Counted from the stretch's first letter, positions 1-9,113 are shown. The stretch: 64,000 nucleotides of DNA from a bacterium (GCA_021787535.1 JAJYLR010000001.1:492321-556320); one strand, 5' to 3'. Program-made: numbers and translations. The notes: a model not told the origin generated them from the sequence alone.

Positions 1-251
1 GATTGCTCCGCTTATAGAAGTTGCTTTATACATATCCCGCAATTTTAATGCTTCCCTCAATTTCAACATCTTGTTTGTGCTCAAAAAGCCGAAATTTAGC
101 ATTAAAATCTTTTTCCTTTATAAAGCTAAAAATCATAAGTTTGAACGTAAACTGTGCTCATTTTTCCACATTTTGTTCTTGACAAAGCTTTTTCGCTCGT
201 TCAGGATAGCATTACGTGTAAAAAAACATTAGAGGAAAGGAGGTGATAGAT

Positions 252-407
252 ATGGCAGATGCAACAATGGGTTACTGTGTAAAATGCAAAGAAAAAAGAG
301 AAATGCAGGATGCACAAGAAGTTACTATGAAAAACGGCCGAAAAGCTATGAAAGGTAAATGCGGCGTTTGTGGTACTGGAATGTACAAGATTTTGGGTAA
401 AGCTTAG
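252..407 (+). CDS. small zinc-ribbon protein, DUF5679-like (51 aa)
   Basis: ATG preceded by AGGAAAGGAGGTG SD; MGYCVKCKEK...KGKCGVCGTGMYKI with two CxxC pairs, pattern typical of DUF5679 mini-proteins common in CPR genomes. Confidence 0.55.
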   Translation: MADATMGYCVKCKEKREMQDAQEVTMKNGRKAMKGKCGVCGTGMYKILGKA

Positions 408-570
408 GCTTAACTTTTTGAGAATTTAAGAGCCTGTTCAGAGTTCCATATTGAGTTAAAATTTCAATGTAAGCTGTGAACAGGCTCTTAGTCCGTTTAA
501 TAAACATATTCAGAACGGGTTCTCCACCTGCACAAAAGAAAATATACTATCTCTTGATGGCATATTTTCT

Positions 571-593
571 TGGTACCGCGTACGGGATTCGAA
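571..593 (-). other. 23-nt duplicate of tRNA-Glu 3' end (T-loop to CCA), adjacent to GCGGCTCAACCGC hairpin
   Basis: TGGTACCGCGTACGGGATTCGAA identical to 743..765; no D-arm/anticodon arm present. Confidence 0.6.
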
Positions 594-742
594 GCGGCTC
601 AACCGCTCTTTTTATATTCGATTCCAAAACAATAAAACAGTTGAAAAATTGAGACTTTTCGTTGCTTGATTTATGCGGCTTCAGACGAGTTCTCACCCAT
701 ACACACAGAAAACTGCCAAGAAAAGGATTCTTGCCAGTTTTC

Positions 743-819
743 TGGTACCGCGTACGGGATTCGAACCCGTGATCTCCTGGATGAGAACCAGGTATCCTAG
801 GCCACTAGACGAACGCGGC
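743..819 (-). tRNA. tRNA-Glu (anticodon CUC)
   Basis: cloverleaf readable on minus strand: acceptor GCCGCGU/ACGCGGU, anticodon stem CCUGG/CCAGG with loop UUCUCAU, T-loop UUCGAAU, encoded CCA; followed by hairpin CTGGCAAGAA/TTCTTGCCAG + T-run. Confidence 0.85.
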
Positions 820-1071
820 ATGACCTAGAAATTATAGCAAAAATTTGCCGATCCCTCAATGATCTGCTAAAATTCATATATGATAACAAAACGATTTTTT
901 AGCTTTTTCTTCTTTACCGGTCTTGCTTAGCGGAAGATAGTTTGAAAATTGTTCATAAAATCTTCCGCAAGGAAGATTTTTAGATTCCGGGGGTCAAACC
1001 CGGAATGACAGGGTAGAGGAAGATTTTTTTATTTGTCATGTACCATGACTAAAGTCTAGAAAGGAGATGCG

Positions 1072-1338
1072 ATGTCATCACCGGATGAACTCATTTCCAA
1101 GCTCGATCTTATGGTGATGAGGAATGAACCTATCGACAGAAAGCTTATTACTCCTATTAAAATGGAAAGGAATTTTTCTGACCTCGATATCCAGATGATG
1201 TTCGAAAAGGCGCTCGACGGAATGTGCTGGCATGCAGATCATGGCATGCCAACCGCGGTCCTCGAATACGCTCATCTAGTCGCGCACCTAAAAAATGAAA
1301 AGGAAAGAAGGGAAGCAAAAAGCATAACTCATGCGTAG
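1072..1338 (+). CDS. hypothetical small protein (88 aa)
   Basis: ORF with AAAGGAG SD 7 nt upstream; followed by intrinsic terminator; no recognisable family. Confidence 0.4.
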   Translation: MSSPDELISKLDLMVMRNEPIDRKLITPIKMERNFSDLDIQMMFEKALDGMCWHADHGMPTAVLEYAHLVAHLKNEKERREAKSITHA

Positions 1339-1360
1339 CTACCAGTGTCTTTCCCTAAGA

Positions 1361-1391
1361 AAGCCCCGAAAAAAAACGGGGCTTCTTTTTT
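1361..1391 (+). terminator. rho-independent terminator
   Basis: AAGCCCCG-A8-CGGGGCTT hairpin followed by CTTTTTT. Confidence 0.75.
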
Positions 1392-1407
1392 AGCAACCAA
1401 ATTCATT

Positions 1408-1436
1408 TTGACTAAAGCGCTTGTTTTATAGATAAT
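1408..1436 (+). promoter_or_regulatory. sigma70-like promoter TTGACT-N17-GATAAT, -10 ends 7 nt before ATG (leaderless)
   Basis: hexamers and spacing read directly; ATG of dac gene at 1444. Confidence 0.45.
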
Positions 1437-1443
1437 AGAACCC

Positions 1444-2388
1444 ATGAGAAAAAAGATTATTATAGGAGGATTGGTTCTGGCCGTCTTTTTTGTTTTGTCT
1501 CTTTCTTTCGGCAAGAAAGACAGTACTGCGAATCAGGCAAGCAATATCAATCCCAAGGTTGCAGCTCAGAAAGCAGCTTTAGAGAAAAAACAAATTGAGC
1601 AATACCGCCAAAAATACTCGCTGGACGAAGCCAACACTGCTTACAACGACTTTATGATTCAGGCCAAAGAAGGAATAGTGGTTGACGCGGAAAATGGCAA
1701 GGTTTTATACGAAAAAGACGCCCACGTGCCGCTTCCTCCGGCCTCAATTACTAAGATTTTAACCGGTACTATAGCCCTTGAAACATATGACATGAACCAG
1801 AAACTCACCGTCTCTAAGCACGCCGCCAATATGGAGGCCTATAATATGTCAACTCGGGCAGGTGAAAAACTCAAGGTCGAAGATATTATGCATGGACTCT
1901 TTATGATCTCGGCAAATGACGCGGCGGTGATTTTGGCCGAAGGAATCGACGGTAACGAAAAAACATTTATGGCTTTAATGAATGAGAAAATCAAGCTTTT
2001 GGATCTCAAAAATACAACATTTAAAAATCCTTCCGGCCTTGATGAACCAGGCCACGAGTCAAGCGCTTATGATATTTCAAAAATTACTTATTATGCCCTT
2101 AGATCACATCCGGAAATTTTAAAGTACATGGGTGATAAAGATCCTTACTCTATCGCTAAAACTGACGACAATGACGCTCACTACTGGCCCGGACATGTTT
2201 CACTGACTATGCGAACTTATCCTGAAATGCTGGGAGCAAAAACAGGGTTTACCGACAATGCTAGAAATACTTTTATTGGCGTAGCCCAAAAACAGGAACA
2301 TAAGTTTATTTTCGTCTTCATGGGTTCAGATCGCGGCAATGAAGATGCACATGCGCTCTTGAACTACGGCTTAACACATATTGAATAA
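1444..2388 (+). CDS. dacA: D-alanyl-D-alanine carboxypeptidase (peptidase S11, PBP5/6-like)
   Basis: signal/TM N-terminus; SxxK (ASITK), SxN (SAND) and KTG (KTGFT) active-site motifs. Confidence 0.85.
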   Translation: MRKKIIIGGLVLAVFFVLSLSFGKKDSTANQASNINPKVAAQKAALEKKQIEQYRQKYSLDEANTAYNDFMIQAKEGIVVDAENGKVLYEKDAHVPLPPASITKILTGTIALETYDMNQKLTVSKHAANMEAYNMSTRAGEKLKVEDIMHGLFMISANDAAVILAEGIDGNEKTFMALMNEKIKLLDLKNTTFKNPSGLDEPGHESSAYDISKITYYALRSHPEILKYMGDKDPYSIAKTDDNDAHYWPGHVSLTMRTYPEMLGAKTGFTDNARNTFIGVAQKQEHKFIFVFMGSDRGNEDAHALLNYGLTHIE

Positions 2389-2397
2389 GATTTTAGC

Positions 2398-2427
2398 TTG
2401 CCAAATCAAATATAAGTTCGTTATAAT
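2398..2427 (+). promoter_or_regulatory. putative promoter TTGCCA-N17/18-TATAAT
   Basis: read directly upstream of histidine kinase gene. Confidence 0.35.
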
Positions 2428-2455
2428 AACTTTAGTACTTATGTCTTAAATCCAA

Positions 2456-4159
2456 GTGAAGGAGGGTAATATAGAACTGGTAAGCTTGGGAGATTTAGAG
2501 GATCGGGATAAACTTGCTGATATAAGCAAATATTTTTTGTACTGCGTACTCGGACTAAATGTTATTGTTCTTCTAACTTTTTTAAGTTTAATTTTTTTGG
2601 CACGCAGCCAAGTTGGCGCAAATAATTTAGCAAAGATCACTCTAGGTATTGCCGTAACGGGAATCATCGTATTTTTCCCATCGCTGAAGGTGACTAAGAT
2701 GGAGCCAAAATATAATCTTTTGTTGCAATCATCTTTCATCTTGGCATATTTTGTAATTTTACTGGAGTTCACCGGCGGTACAGAGAGTTTATTTTATCCC
2801 CTAATTTTTCTTTTTATTATTTTGTCGGCTTTTTATTCACTGGTTGCCGGCATTTTAGTCGCAATCACTGCCTTTGCTTATTTTTTCTACCGCGAGCTAT
2901 ATTTAAATGGCCAAACATTAGCGCGCTTCTTTGTGCTAAATGGTTCCGGCCTTTTGACTCTTGCTTTAACTATAGTATTCTCTAGCTTGCTCGGCTTGAA
3001 ATATAGAAGAAGTACCTCAGAAAAATCAAGTCTTGAACAATATTCCAAAGATATCTCGGCTGATCAATCAAAAGATGAAGCAATTTTCGCTAATATCGGC
3101 GATGGCATATATGCAGTGAACACAAAAAGAGAGATGATACTTTTTAATCAAAGTGCAGAAAAGATCACTGGATGGAAATCAAAAGATACCCTTGGTCTTC
3201 CATGTAAAAAAATTATGAATTTAAAGGATGAGCAAAGCGTAAGCGTATGCGACAAGGACTGTCCGGCGCTTAGGGTTTGGAACACGGGAGAAAATATCAC
3301 GCGCGATGATCTCTGCTTTTTTGGAAATAGTAAAGAAGATTTAAGGATTGAGGGTACCTATGCTCCCATTAAGGATAAGGATGGAAAAGTCACCGGGGCA
3401 GTTTGTGTTTTTCGGGATGTGACTAAAAAGAAAGAAGTTGAGAGAATGCGCAGCGAATTTGTTTCAACAGCATCCCACGAGCTGCGTACGCCCATTACGG
3501 CAATATCCGGCTATATCGAACTGGTTTTGAATAATAAAGTCTGTACGGTTGACGACAAAGCAAAAGAATATTTAGGTAAAGCTTTTCAAACAGCCGCTTC
3601 AATGTCTAACTTAATTAAAAATCTGCTTGTCGTTACAAAAATCGAAGATAGAAAATTGCAATATAATGTCACTAATTTTTCTATGAAAGACTTGGTAGAA
3701 GAGGTAATAGAGGTTTTTCAAAATAAAGCTAGGGAGAAAAATATTGATCTCAAGTTTGAATCAAACCCGAACCTGACCGTAAAGGGTAAGGTGATTGATA
3801 GATCATTAAATGTCAAGGCCGACAAAGAACAAATCAGGGAAGTTTTGAATAACTTAATTGAAAATGCCATTAAATTTACTGCGAACGGAGGGGTGACAGT
3901 TTCGATCAGTTATGACAGCGACTTTGCAACCGTATGCGTTCGCGATAACGGAGTCGGCATACCTGAAACCGGGCAAAAGCATCTCTTTGAGAAGTTTTAC
4001 CAAGTTGATAATTCGGCCACAAGAGCAGTTGGCGGTACGGGTCTGGGACTCTATATCACAAGGGCAATTATAGAAGCGTTTGGCGGAAGAATATGGGTAA
4101 AAAGTATTGAAGGACAGGGCAGCAGTTTCTTCTTCACTGTACCCAGAGCACTTAGCTAA
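2456..4159 (+). CDS. sensor histidine kinase (multi-TM N-terminus, PAS, HisKA, HATPase_c)
   Basis: H-box STASHELRTPITAI; N/G boxes NLIENAIKFT...GTGLGLYI; several hydrophobic helices at N-terminus; GTG start as in ORF track. Confidence 0.85.
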   Translation: MKEGNIELVSLGDLEDRDKLADISKYFLYCVLGLNVIVLLTFLSLIFLARSQVGANNLAKITLGIAVTGIIVFFPSLKVTKMEPKYNLLLQSSFILAYFVILLEFTGGTESLFYPLIFLFIILSAFYSLVAGILVAITAFAYFFYRELYLNGQTLARFFVLNGSGLLTLALTIVFSSLLGLKYRRSTSEKSSLEQYSKDISADQSKDEAIFANIGDGIYAVNTKREMILFNQSAEKITGWKSKDTLGLPCKKIMNLKDEQSVSVCDKDCPALRVWNTGENITRDDLCFFGNSKEDLRIEGTYAPIKDKDGKVTGAVCVFRDVTKKKEVERMRSEFVSTASHELRTPITAISGYIELVLNNKVCTVDDKAKEYLGKAFQTAASMSNLIKNLLVVTKIEDRKLQYNVTNFSMKDLVEEVIEVFQNKAREKNIDLKFESNPNLTVKGKVIDRSLNVKADKEQIREVLNNLIENAIKFTANGGVTVSISYDSDFATVCVRDNGVGIPETGQKHLFEKFYQVDNSATRAVGGTGLGLYITRAIIEAFGGRIWVKSIEGQGSSFFFTVPRALS

Positions 4160-4210
4160 CTATTGCATTAGAAGTATTTTTTTTAGTAATATTATCTTTA
4201 GGAAATAAAT

Positions 4211-4597
4211 ATGGCAAAAGTATTACTAGTTGAAGATGATATCGCGCTCCGAGAAATTTACTCGGCCAGGTTTAGCGCAGAAAATTTCGAGGTCGTCACT
4301 GCTGACGATGGAGAACAAGCGCTTTCTCAAGCTATTAAAGAAAAGCCGGATATTATCATTCTTGATATTATGATGCCAAAAATCTCCGGTTTCGATGTTT
4401 TGGATATTTTAAGAAGCACCCCGGAAACGAAAAATACTAAAGTGATTGTTATGAGTGCTTTATCTCAAGAATCAGATATCCAGAAAGGCAGACAGCTTGG
4501 GGCAGATGCCTACCTTGTAAAATCTCAGACAACTTTATCTGACGTCATTGCTAAAACCAATGAGGTTCTTGGCGGTACCACAAACCAAGCCACTTAA
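4211..4597 (+). CDS. response regulator, stand-alone receiver (CheY-like)
   Basis: LLVEDD...D(52) IILDIMMP...KVIVMSA...GADAYLVK receiver signature; no output domain. Confidence 0.85.
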   Translation: MAKVLLVEDDIALREIYSARFSAENFEVVTADDGEQALSQAIKEKPDIIILDIMMPKISGFDVLDILRSTPETKNTKVIVMSALSQESDIQKGRQLGADAYLVKSQTTLSDVIAKTNEVLGGTTNQAT

Positions 4598-4636
4598 TCT
4601 AAATTAAATTAAGATGATTCCGAAGGGATTTTTTAT

Positions 4637-4665
4637 TTGGCTAAAAAGCTTACCACTGGTATAAT
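4637..4665 (+). promoter_or_regulatory. promoter TTGGCT-N17-TATAAT, leaderless (ATG 6 nt downstream)
   Basis: read directly. Confidence 0.45.
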
Positions 4666-4671
4666 TTGAGT

Positions 4672-5976
4672 ATGAAAAGAACACTGACCACTGATATAAA
4701 TAGACAAATTGGAAAAGAAATCACGCTTTATGGCTGGATTCACAAGCTTAGAAAACTTGGCGGCATCAGTTTTATTGTTTTGCGCGACCGTGCCGGACTG
4801 GCCCAAGCTGTTATTGATGGCGCGAGAGAAAATGATAAATTGAAAGAACTGACCACCGAAACGGTTGTGAAAATAACAGGAAAAGTTGTCAAAGAAGAGA
4901 GGGCTCCGTACGGCGCAGAACTTCATGACGCAAAGATTGAGGTGCTTTCACCGGTTAAAGAAGATATCCCGATTGCGATTAATAAAAAGGAAATAAATGT
5001 CAATCTTGATACCTTGCTTGACAACCGACCAATTACGCTAAGGAGTCCGAAACAAAGAGCGATTTTTAAAGTTCAAGCTGAAATAGTTGATGAATTCAGG
5101 AAATTTCTGACACAAGAAGGATTCACGGAGATTAACAGCCCAAGCATCGTTTCCTCCGGACTTGAAACCGGTGGAGCAGAAATGTTTGAAGTGAAATATT
5201 TCAAGCAAAAAGCATTCCTTTCCCAAAGCCCCCAGATGTACAAGCAAATTCTTGTTGGAGTTTACGAACGTGTTTTTGAAACTGCTTATATGTACCGTGC
5301 CGAAAAGCACTCTACTTCAAGACATCTCAATGAATATATGTCGCTTGACCTTGAGATGGGTTTCATAAATTCGTGGGAAGACATCATGGATCTGGAAGAA
5401 AAGTACTTAAATGTTCTCATAGAAAAATTAGGCAAAAATTGTACTGAACAGTTTGAAATGTTGGGAATCGATTTGCCGCAAATGTCAAAACGCATTCCGC
5501 GAATGAAGCTTATAGAAGCACAAGAAATATTAGAGAAAGAGTATAGGGAAAAGTGCCTTGGCGCGCCGGATCTTGATCCCAAACAGGAAAGGCAAATCTG
5601 CGAATATGCGGCAAAAAAGCACGGAAGCGAGTTTGTCTTCATTACGCATTACCCGAGCAAAAAAAGGCCTTTCTACACTTACGATGATCCGGATAATCCA
5701 AAAGAAACTTTGAGTTTTGACCTTCTTTTCCGAGGCCAGGAAGTGACAACCGGCGGACAGCGGCTGCATATTTATGAAGATTATATCAAGAAGATGAAAG
5801 ACAGGGGAATGGATCCGAAAAATTTTGAAGACTACCTGAGCGCCTTCAGGTATGGCATGCCTCCGCACGGCGGACTAGCCATAGGACTTGAACGCCTGAC
5901 GGCGCGTCTTTTGAATCTAGATAACATTCGCGAAGCTTCACTTTTCCCGCGCGACATTAACCGCCTGAGGCCATAA
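4672..5976 (+). CDS. aspS: class IIb aminoacyl-tRNA synthetase, archaeal-type aspartyl-tRNA synthetase (AspRS/AsnRS family)
   Basis: N-terminal OB anticodon-binding domain, class II motifs incl. FRGQEVTTGGQR and YGMPPHGGLAIGLERL; ~435 aa size typical of non-discriminating AspRS/AsnRS. Confidence 0.7.
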   Translation: MKRTLTTDINRQIGKEITLYGWIHKLRKLGGISFIVLRDRAGLAQAVIDGARENDKLKELTTETVVKITGKVVKEERAPYGAELHDAKIEVLSPVKEDIPIAINKKEINVNLDTLLDNRPITLRSPKQRAIFKVQAEIVDEFRKFLTQEGFTEINSPSIVSSGLETGGAEMFEVKYFKQKAFLSQSPQMYKQILVGVYERVFETAYMYRAEKHSTSRHLNEYMSLDLEMGFINSWEDIMDLEEKYLNVLIEKLGKNCTEQFEMLGIDLPQMSKRIPRMKLIEAQEILEKEYREKCLGAPDLDPKQERQICEYAAKKHGSEFVFITHYPSKKRPFYTYDDPDNPKETLSFDLLFRGQEVTTGGQRLHIYEDYIKKMKDRGMDPKNFEDYLSAFRYGMPPHGGLAIGLERLTARLLNLDNIREASLFPRDINRLRP

Positions 5977-6666
5977 ATGCTAACCGTGAGGGATAAAACA
6001 TTCGAAGGGCCGCTAGATCTTCTTTTGAATTTGATTGAGAAAGAAAAACTCGACATTTGCAAAATTTCTTTGGCAAAGATCACAAACTCCTATCTTAATG
6101 AGATTCAGAAGATTGACACATCAAATGAAAAACTAGCTGATTTTTTAATCGTAGCATCCAAGCTTTTGTATTTAAAGAGCCAAGCGGTTCTGCCGCTCCT
6201 CTCACCTAAGGAAGAAGAGGAAATTGATGATCTGGAAACGCAGCTCAAAGAATACAAAAAGTTCAAGGAACTTTCGCTAAAGTTTTCAGAAATTATCGAT
6301 CAAAACCAAAGATCTTTTGAACCGGGTGTCAGGAATTTTCAAACAGATTTGTTTCTGCCTCCGGTCGGCATAGACCTGGCATATCTAATGAATGTTTTAA
6401 ACGACGTTTTGAAGCGCATGCCAAAGAAAGAAAAGAAAGAGGAGAAAAAAATGGAAGTCAAAGTGACTCTCGAAGAAAAGCTAGAACAACTCTCTGCAAT
6501 AATCAAGAAAAATAAAAAATTTTCATTCCATCAGATTATCGAAAAATCAAAAAGCAGGGGAGAGGTGATCGTGACATTCCTCGCTCTTCTTGAAATGATT
6601 AAAAGAAAGGCTGTCAAAGTCAGCCAGACGAAAAATTTTGGCGACTTAACGGTACAAGGGATATGA
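5977..6666 (+). CDS. scpA: segregation and condensation protein A
   Basis: FEGPLDLLLNLIEKEKLDICKISLAKIT N-terminal ScpA signature. Confidence 0.85.
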   Translation: MLTVRDKTFEGPLDLLLNLIEKEKLDICKISLAKITNSYLNEIQKIDTSNEKLADFLIVASKLLYLKSQAVLPLLSPKEEEEIDDLETQLKEYKKFKELSLKFSEIIDQNQRSFEPGVRNFQTDLFLPPVGIDLAYLMNVLNDVLKRMPKKEKKEEKKMEVKVTLEEKLEQLSAIIKKNKKFSFHQIIEKSKSRGEVIVTFLALLEMIKRKAVKVSQTKNFGDLTVQGI

Positions 6667-6667
6667 G

Positions 6668-6946
6668 ATGGTTACTTTTGTCGGCCTTATAGCGTCAATC
6701 TTAACAGCAAGCGGGCTCGTACCGCAGGTGGTTAAAGGATTTATCAGAAAAAAAGTTGAAGATGTTTCCATGCTTTTTATTGTAATAGGCGGAGTCGGTA
6801 CGTTTCTGTGGTTTGTCTATGGTATATTAATTATGAACGGAGTAATCATCTTTGCAAACTCTATTAATGCCACCTGTTATGCTCTAATGTTTTTGCAAAA
6901 GGGAATTTATAAAGAAAGGGTGATGGAATGTCAAAAAACAACCTAA
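6668..6946 (+). CDS. SemiSWEET/PQ-loop family small membrane transporter (3 TM)
   Basis: 92 aa, three hydrophobic helices, GLVPQVVK PQ-motif in TM1; overlaps scpB start by 19 nt. Confidence 0.55.
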   Translation: MVTFVGLIASILTASGLVPQVVKGFIRKKVEDVSMLFIVIGGVGTFLWFVYGILIMNGVIIFANSINATCYALMFLQKGIYKERVMECQKTT

Positions 6947-7446
6947 AATCACAAATCGAAAGCCTGCTGCTTGCCTCCGGGAAGCCTATTTCTTTAAAGG
7001 AAATGGCGCATATCATTGGACAAAGCATGGCCGATATTCAAAAAGAGATTAATTCTTTGACTCAAGAATATAGGGAACGGGGGCTTCGCATTATCAAACA
7101 AGGCGAGAGTTACTTCATGACAACAGCCGGAGAAAACGCGGAAACAGTCGCCAAATTTTTAAATGAGGAGTTGCGCTATGAACTGTCGCCGGCGGCGCTT
7201 GAAGTTCTGGCAATCATAGTTTACAGGCAGCCGATTACCAGATCGGAAATAGAGAATATTCGCGGTGCCGACTCGTCCAAACCACTCAGAACTTTGATGA
7301 TAAGAGGGTTGATTTGTGAAACCGGGCGAAAAGACGCTCCCGGCCGGCCAATTCTATATGGCACAACGGTGAAAATGATGACATATCTGGGAATAGAAGA
7401 CGAGGGACAACTGCCAAAGCTAGAAGAAGTATTACCAGCAACCTAA
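6928..7446 (+). CDS. scpB: segregation and condensation protein B
   Basis: SLLLASGKPISLKEMAHIIG ... tandem winged-helix ScpB pattern. Confidence 0.85.
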   Translation: MSKNNLKSQIESLLLASGKPISLKEMAHIIGQSMADIQKEINSLTQEYRERGLRIIKQGESYFMTTAGENAETVAKFLNEELRYELSPAALEVLAIIVYRQPITRSEIENIRGADSSKPLRTLMIRGLICETGRKDAPGRPILYGTTVKMMTYLGIEDEGQLPKLEEVLPAT

Positions 7447-7460
7447 TTGCCACCCGGATT

Positions 7461-7483
7461 GTCATTCTGGCTTGGCCAGAATC
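7461..7483. repeat. short palindromic repeat GTCATTCTGGCTTGGCCAGAATC (family A)
   Basis: inverted repeat ATTCTGGC/GCCAGAAT; family recurs >=12x in window. Confidence 0.7.
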
Positions 7484-7660
7484 AATATTTTCATTTGCCT
7501 TCACTTGTCTAAACCGAGGTAGGGAAGTGAATCTACCACACTTAATTATGAAGGGGTGAGGAATGCTTTGTTGCGTAATACTACACTAATATGTATTAGT
7601 GTAGTGGTGGCCTCTCTTTTTATCATTCCCGCACACACGAAGATCTATTATAATCAACTT

Positions 7661-8422
7661 ATGCGTATCAATAAGTACATTGCTTCTTGCACTAACTTAT
7701 CCCGCCGAAAGGCCGAGGTGCTGGTTTTGACGGGCAGAATAAAAATAGATTCTTCGCCTGTCATTCCCGTCCGCCGAGAGTCGGGTAAACATCCGGCGGG
7801 AATCCAGTCAACTGCTGAGACCGTAACAAATTTAGCCACTGAAGTTAGTCCTTCTGACAAGGTATATTTAGATGACAAATTGATTACTCCCCAAAGATTT
7901 GTTTACTATGCGCTTAATAAACCGGTTGGGTACACAACAACGACTTCCGACCCACATGCCGAGAAATTGATTACCAACCTCGTCCCAAATGATCCGCCCG
8001 TTTTTCCGATCGGCCGGCTTGACAAAGACACCTCCGGACTTATATTTCTCACAAATGACGGCGACTTCGCCCAGAAAATGACTCACCCAAAATACGAGAA
8101 AGAAAAAGAGTATATCTTCCAAACTGACCGAAAATTATCTGAGGAATCACTTGAAAAATTGCGAAAAGGAATTGAACTTGATGACGGCATAACCGCACCC
8201 GCAAAAGTTAAATCCCTTGCCAAGGGATGGACCCTTGGCAGTCATTCTGGCCCTGACCAGAATCTATATTCCATCACCATTCACGAAGGCCGAAACCGCC
8301 AAATCCGCCGAATGATTGATGCCGCCTGCGCAAAGGTGATCACTTTAAAGAGAATTAGAGTAGGGGATTTTGAACTAGGGGATTTAAAAGAAGGAAAATA
8401 TCAAATCTTCAAGCCAAAATGA
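7661..8422 (+). CDS. rluB: pseudouridine synthase, RsuA/RluB family with N-terminal S4 domain (carries two in-frame palindromic-repeat insertions)
   Basis: MRINKYIASCTNLSRRKAEVLV S4 motif; FPIGRLDKDTSGLIFLTNDG catalytic Asp motif; EGRNRQIRRM; start moved to MRINKY (ORF track extension upstream unsupported). Confidence 0.8.
   Translation: MRINKYIASCTNLSRRKAEVLVLTGRIKIDSSPVIPVRRESGKHPAGIQSTAETVTNLATEVSPSDKVYLDDKLITPQRFVYYALNKPVGYTTTTSDPHAEKLITNLVPNDPPVFPIGRLDKDTSGLIFLTNDGDFAQKMTHPKYEKEKEYIFQTDRKLSEESLEKLRKGIELDDGITAPAKVKSLAKGWTLGSHSGPDQNLYSITIHEGRNRQIRRMIDAACAKVITLKRIRVGDFELGDLKEGKYQIFKPK
7760..7805. repeat. palindromic repeat GTCATTCCCG...CGGGAATC (family B) inserted in-frame in rluB S4 domain
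   Basis: GTCATTCCCGTCCGCCGAGAGTCGGGTAAACATCCGGCGGGAATC; near-identical copy (rc) at 9212..9256. Confidence 0.7.
8241..8265. repeat. palindromic repeat GTCATTCTGGCCCTGACCAGAATC in-frame in rluB
   Basis: family A copy; translated as GSHSGPDQNL inside catalytic domain. Confidence 0.7.
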
Positions 8423-8424
8423 TC

Positions 8425-8447
8425 GTCATTCTGGCTTGACCAGAATC
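8425..8447. repeat. palindromic repeat GTCATTCTGGCTTGACCAGAATC (family A)
   Basis: 3 nt after rluB stop. Confidence 0.7.
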
Positions 8448-8476
8448 TTCTTTATTTTCTCGAAAATTTTGCTATA

Positions 8477-9091
8477 ATGATTTCACTTGGAGGGAATGTA
8501 CCTTCTTTTTTAAATCTGCAAACCAACAAGGAAGGGAGCACCATGTACATGTCATTTTTAGACTTTGCTTATATCGTTGCTATGATGATAGTTATAGGCG
8601 TATCCGTAGCCATCATCATTGCGACAGCAAAGGGCAGGGGCGCGAGTGAGTTCTATTACTTCCTGCTCGGTTTAATCTCCTTCATCGGCGTATCCGGCAT
8701 CATTTTTAGAGCGCTCAGTATGGGAGGGGTTCTCGAAGGGCTGAGCAAAGAATTTACCTGGACTTTCTATATTGCCTTTCCGGCAATATCGTCTCTCGTG
8801 CTCCTTGCCGTTGTCTGTGTCCATGACGATTACGTCGATCTACAGAATGATAAAAGGGCGCTCGAAGACATCCAGAACAGTCTCGGCCATTACAAGCATG
8901 GTGATAAAGACCATAACCTTTTTGTTGCAATCAGCAACCTGCAAGGGCACGTGGCGAATCAGGAAGGGGTTATTAAGTCACAGGACGAGGAACTAGCAAA
9001 ATTAAGGAAAGATAACGATCTGCTTAGGCAAGAAATGGCAGATCTGATCGACTCTATAACCACGCCAACTGTTGAAGAAGTGCTTTCATAA
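8477..9091 (+). CDS. hypothetical membrane protein with C-terminal coiled coil
   Basis: 2-3 hydrophobic helices then heptad-like EELAKLRKDNDLLRQEMADL; start uncertain (alt. Met at 8543). Confidence 0.4.
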   Translation: MISLGGNVPSFLNLQTNKEGSTMYMSFLDFAYIVAMMIVIGVSVAIIIATAKGRGASEFYYFLLGLISFIGVSGIIFRALSMGGVLEGLSKEFTWTFYIAFPAISSLVLLAVVCVHDDYVDLQNDKRALEDIQNSLGHYKHGDKDHNLFVAISNLQGHVANQEGVIKSQDEELAKLRKDNDLLRQEMADLIDSITTPTVEEVLS

Positions 9092-9113
9092 CATCTCTCT
9101 ATTCAACAAAACC

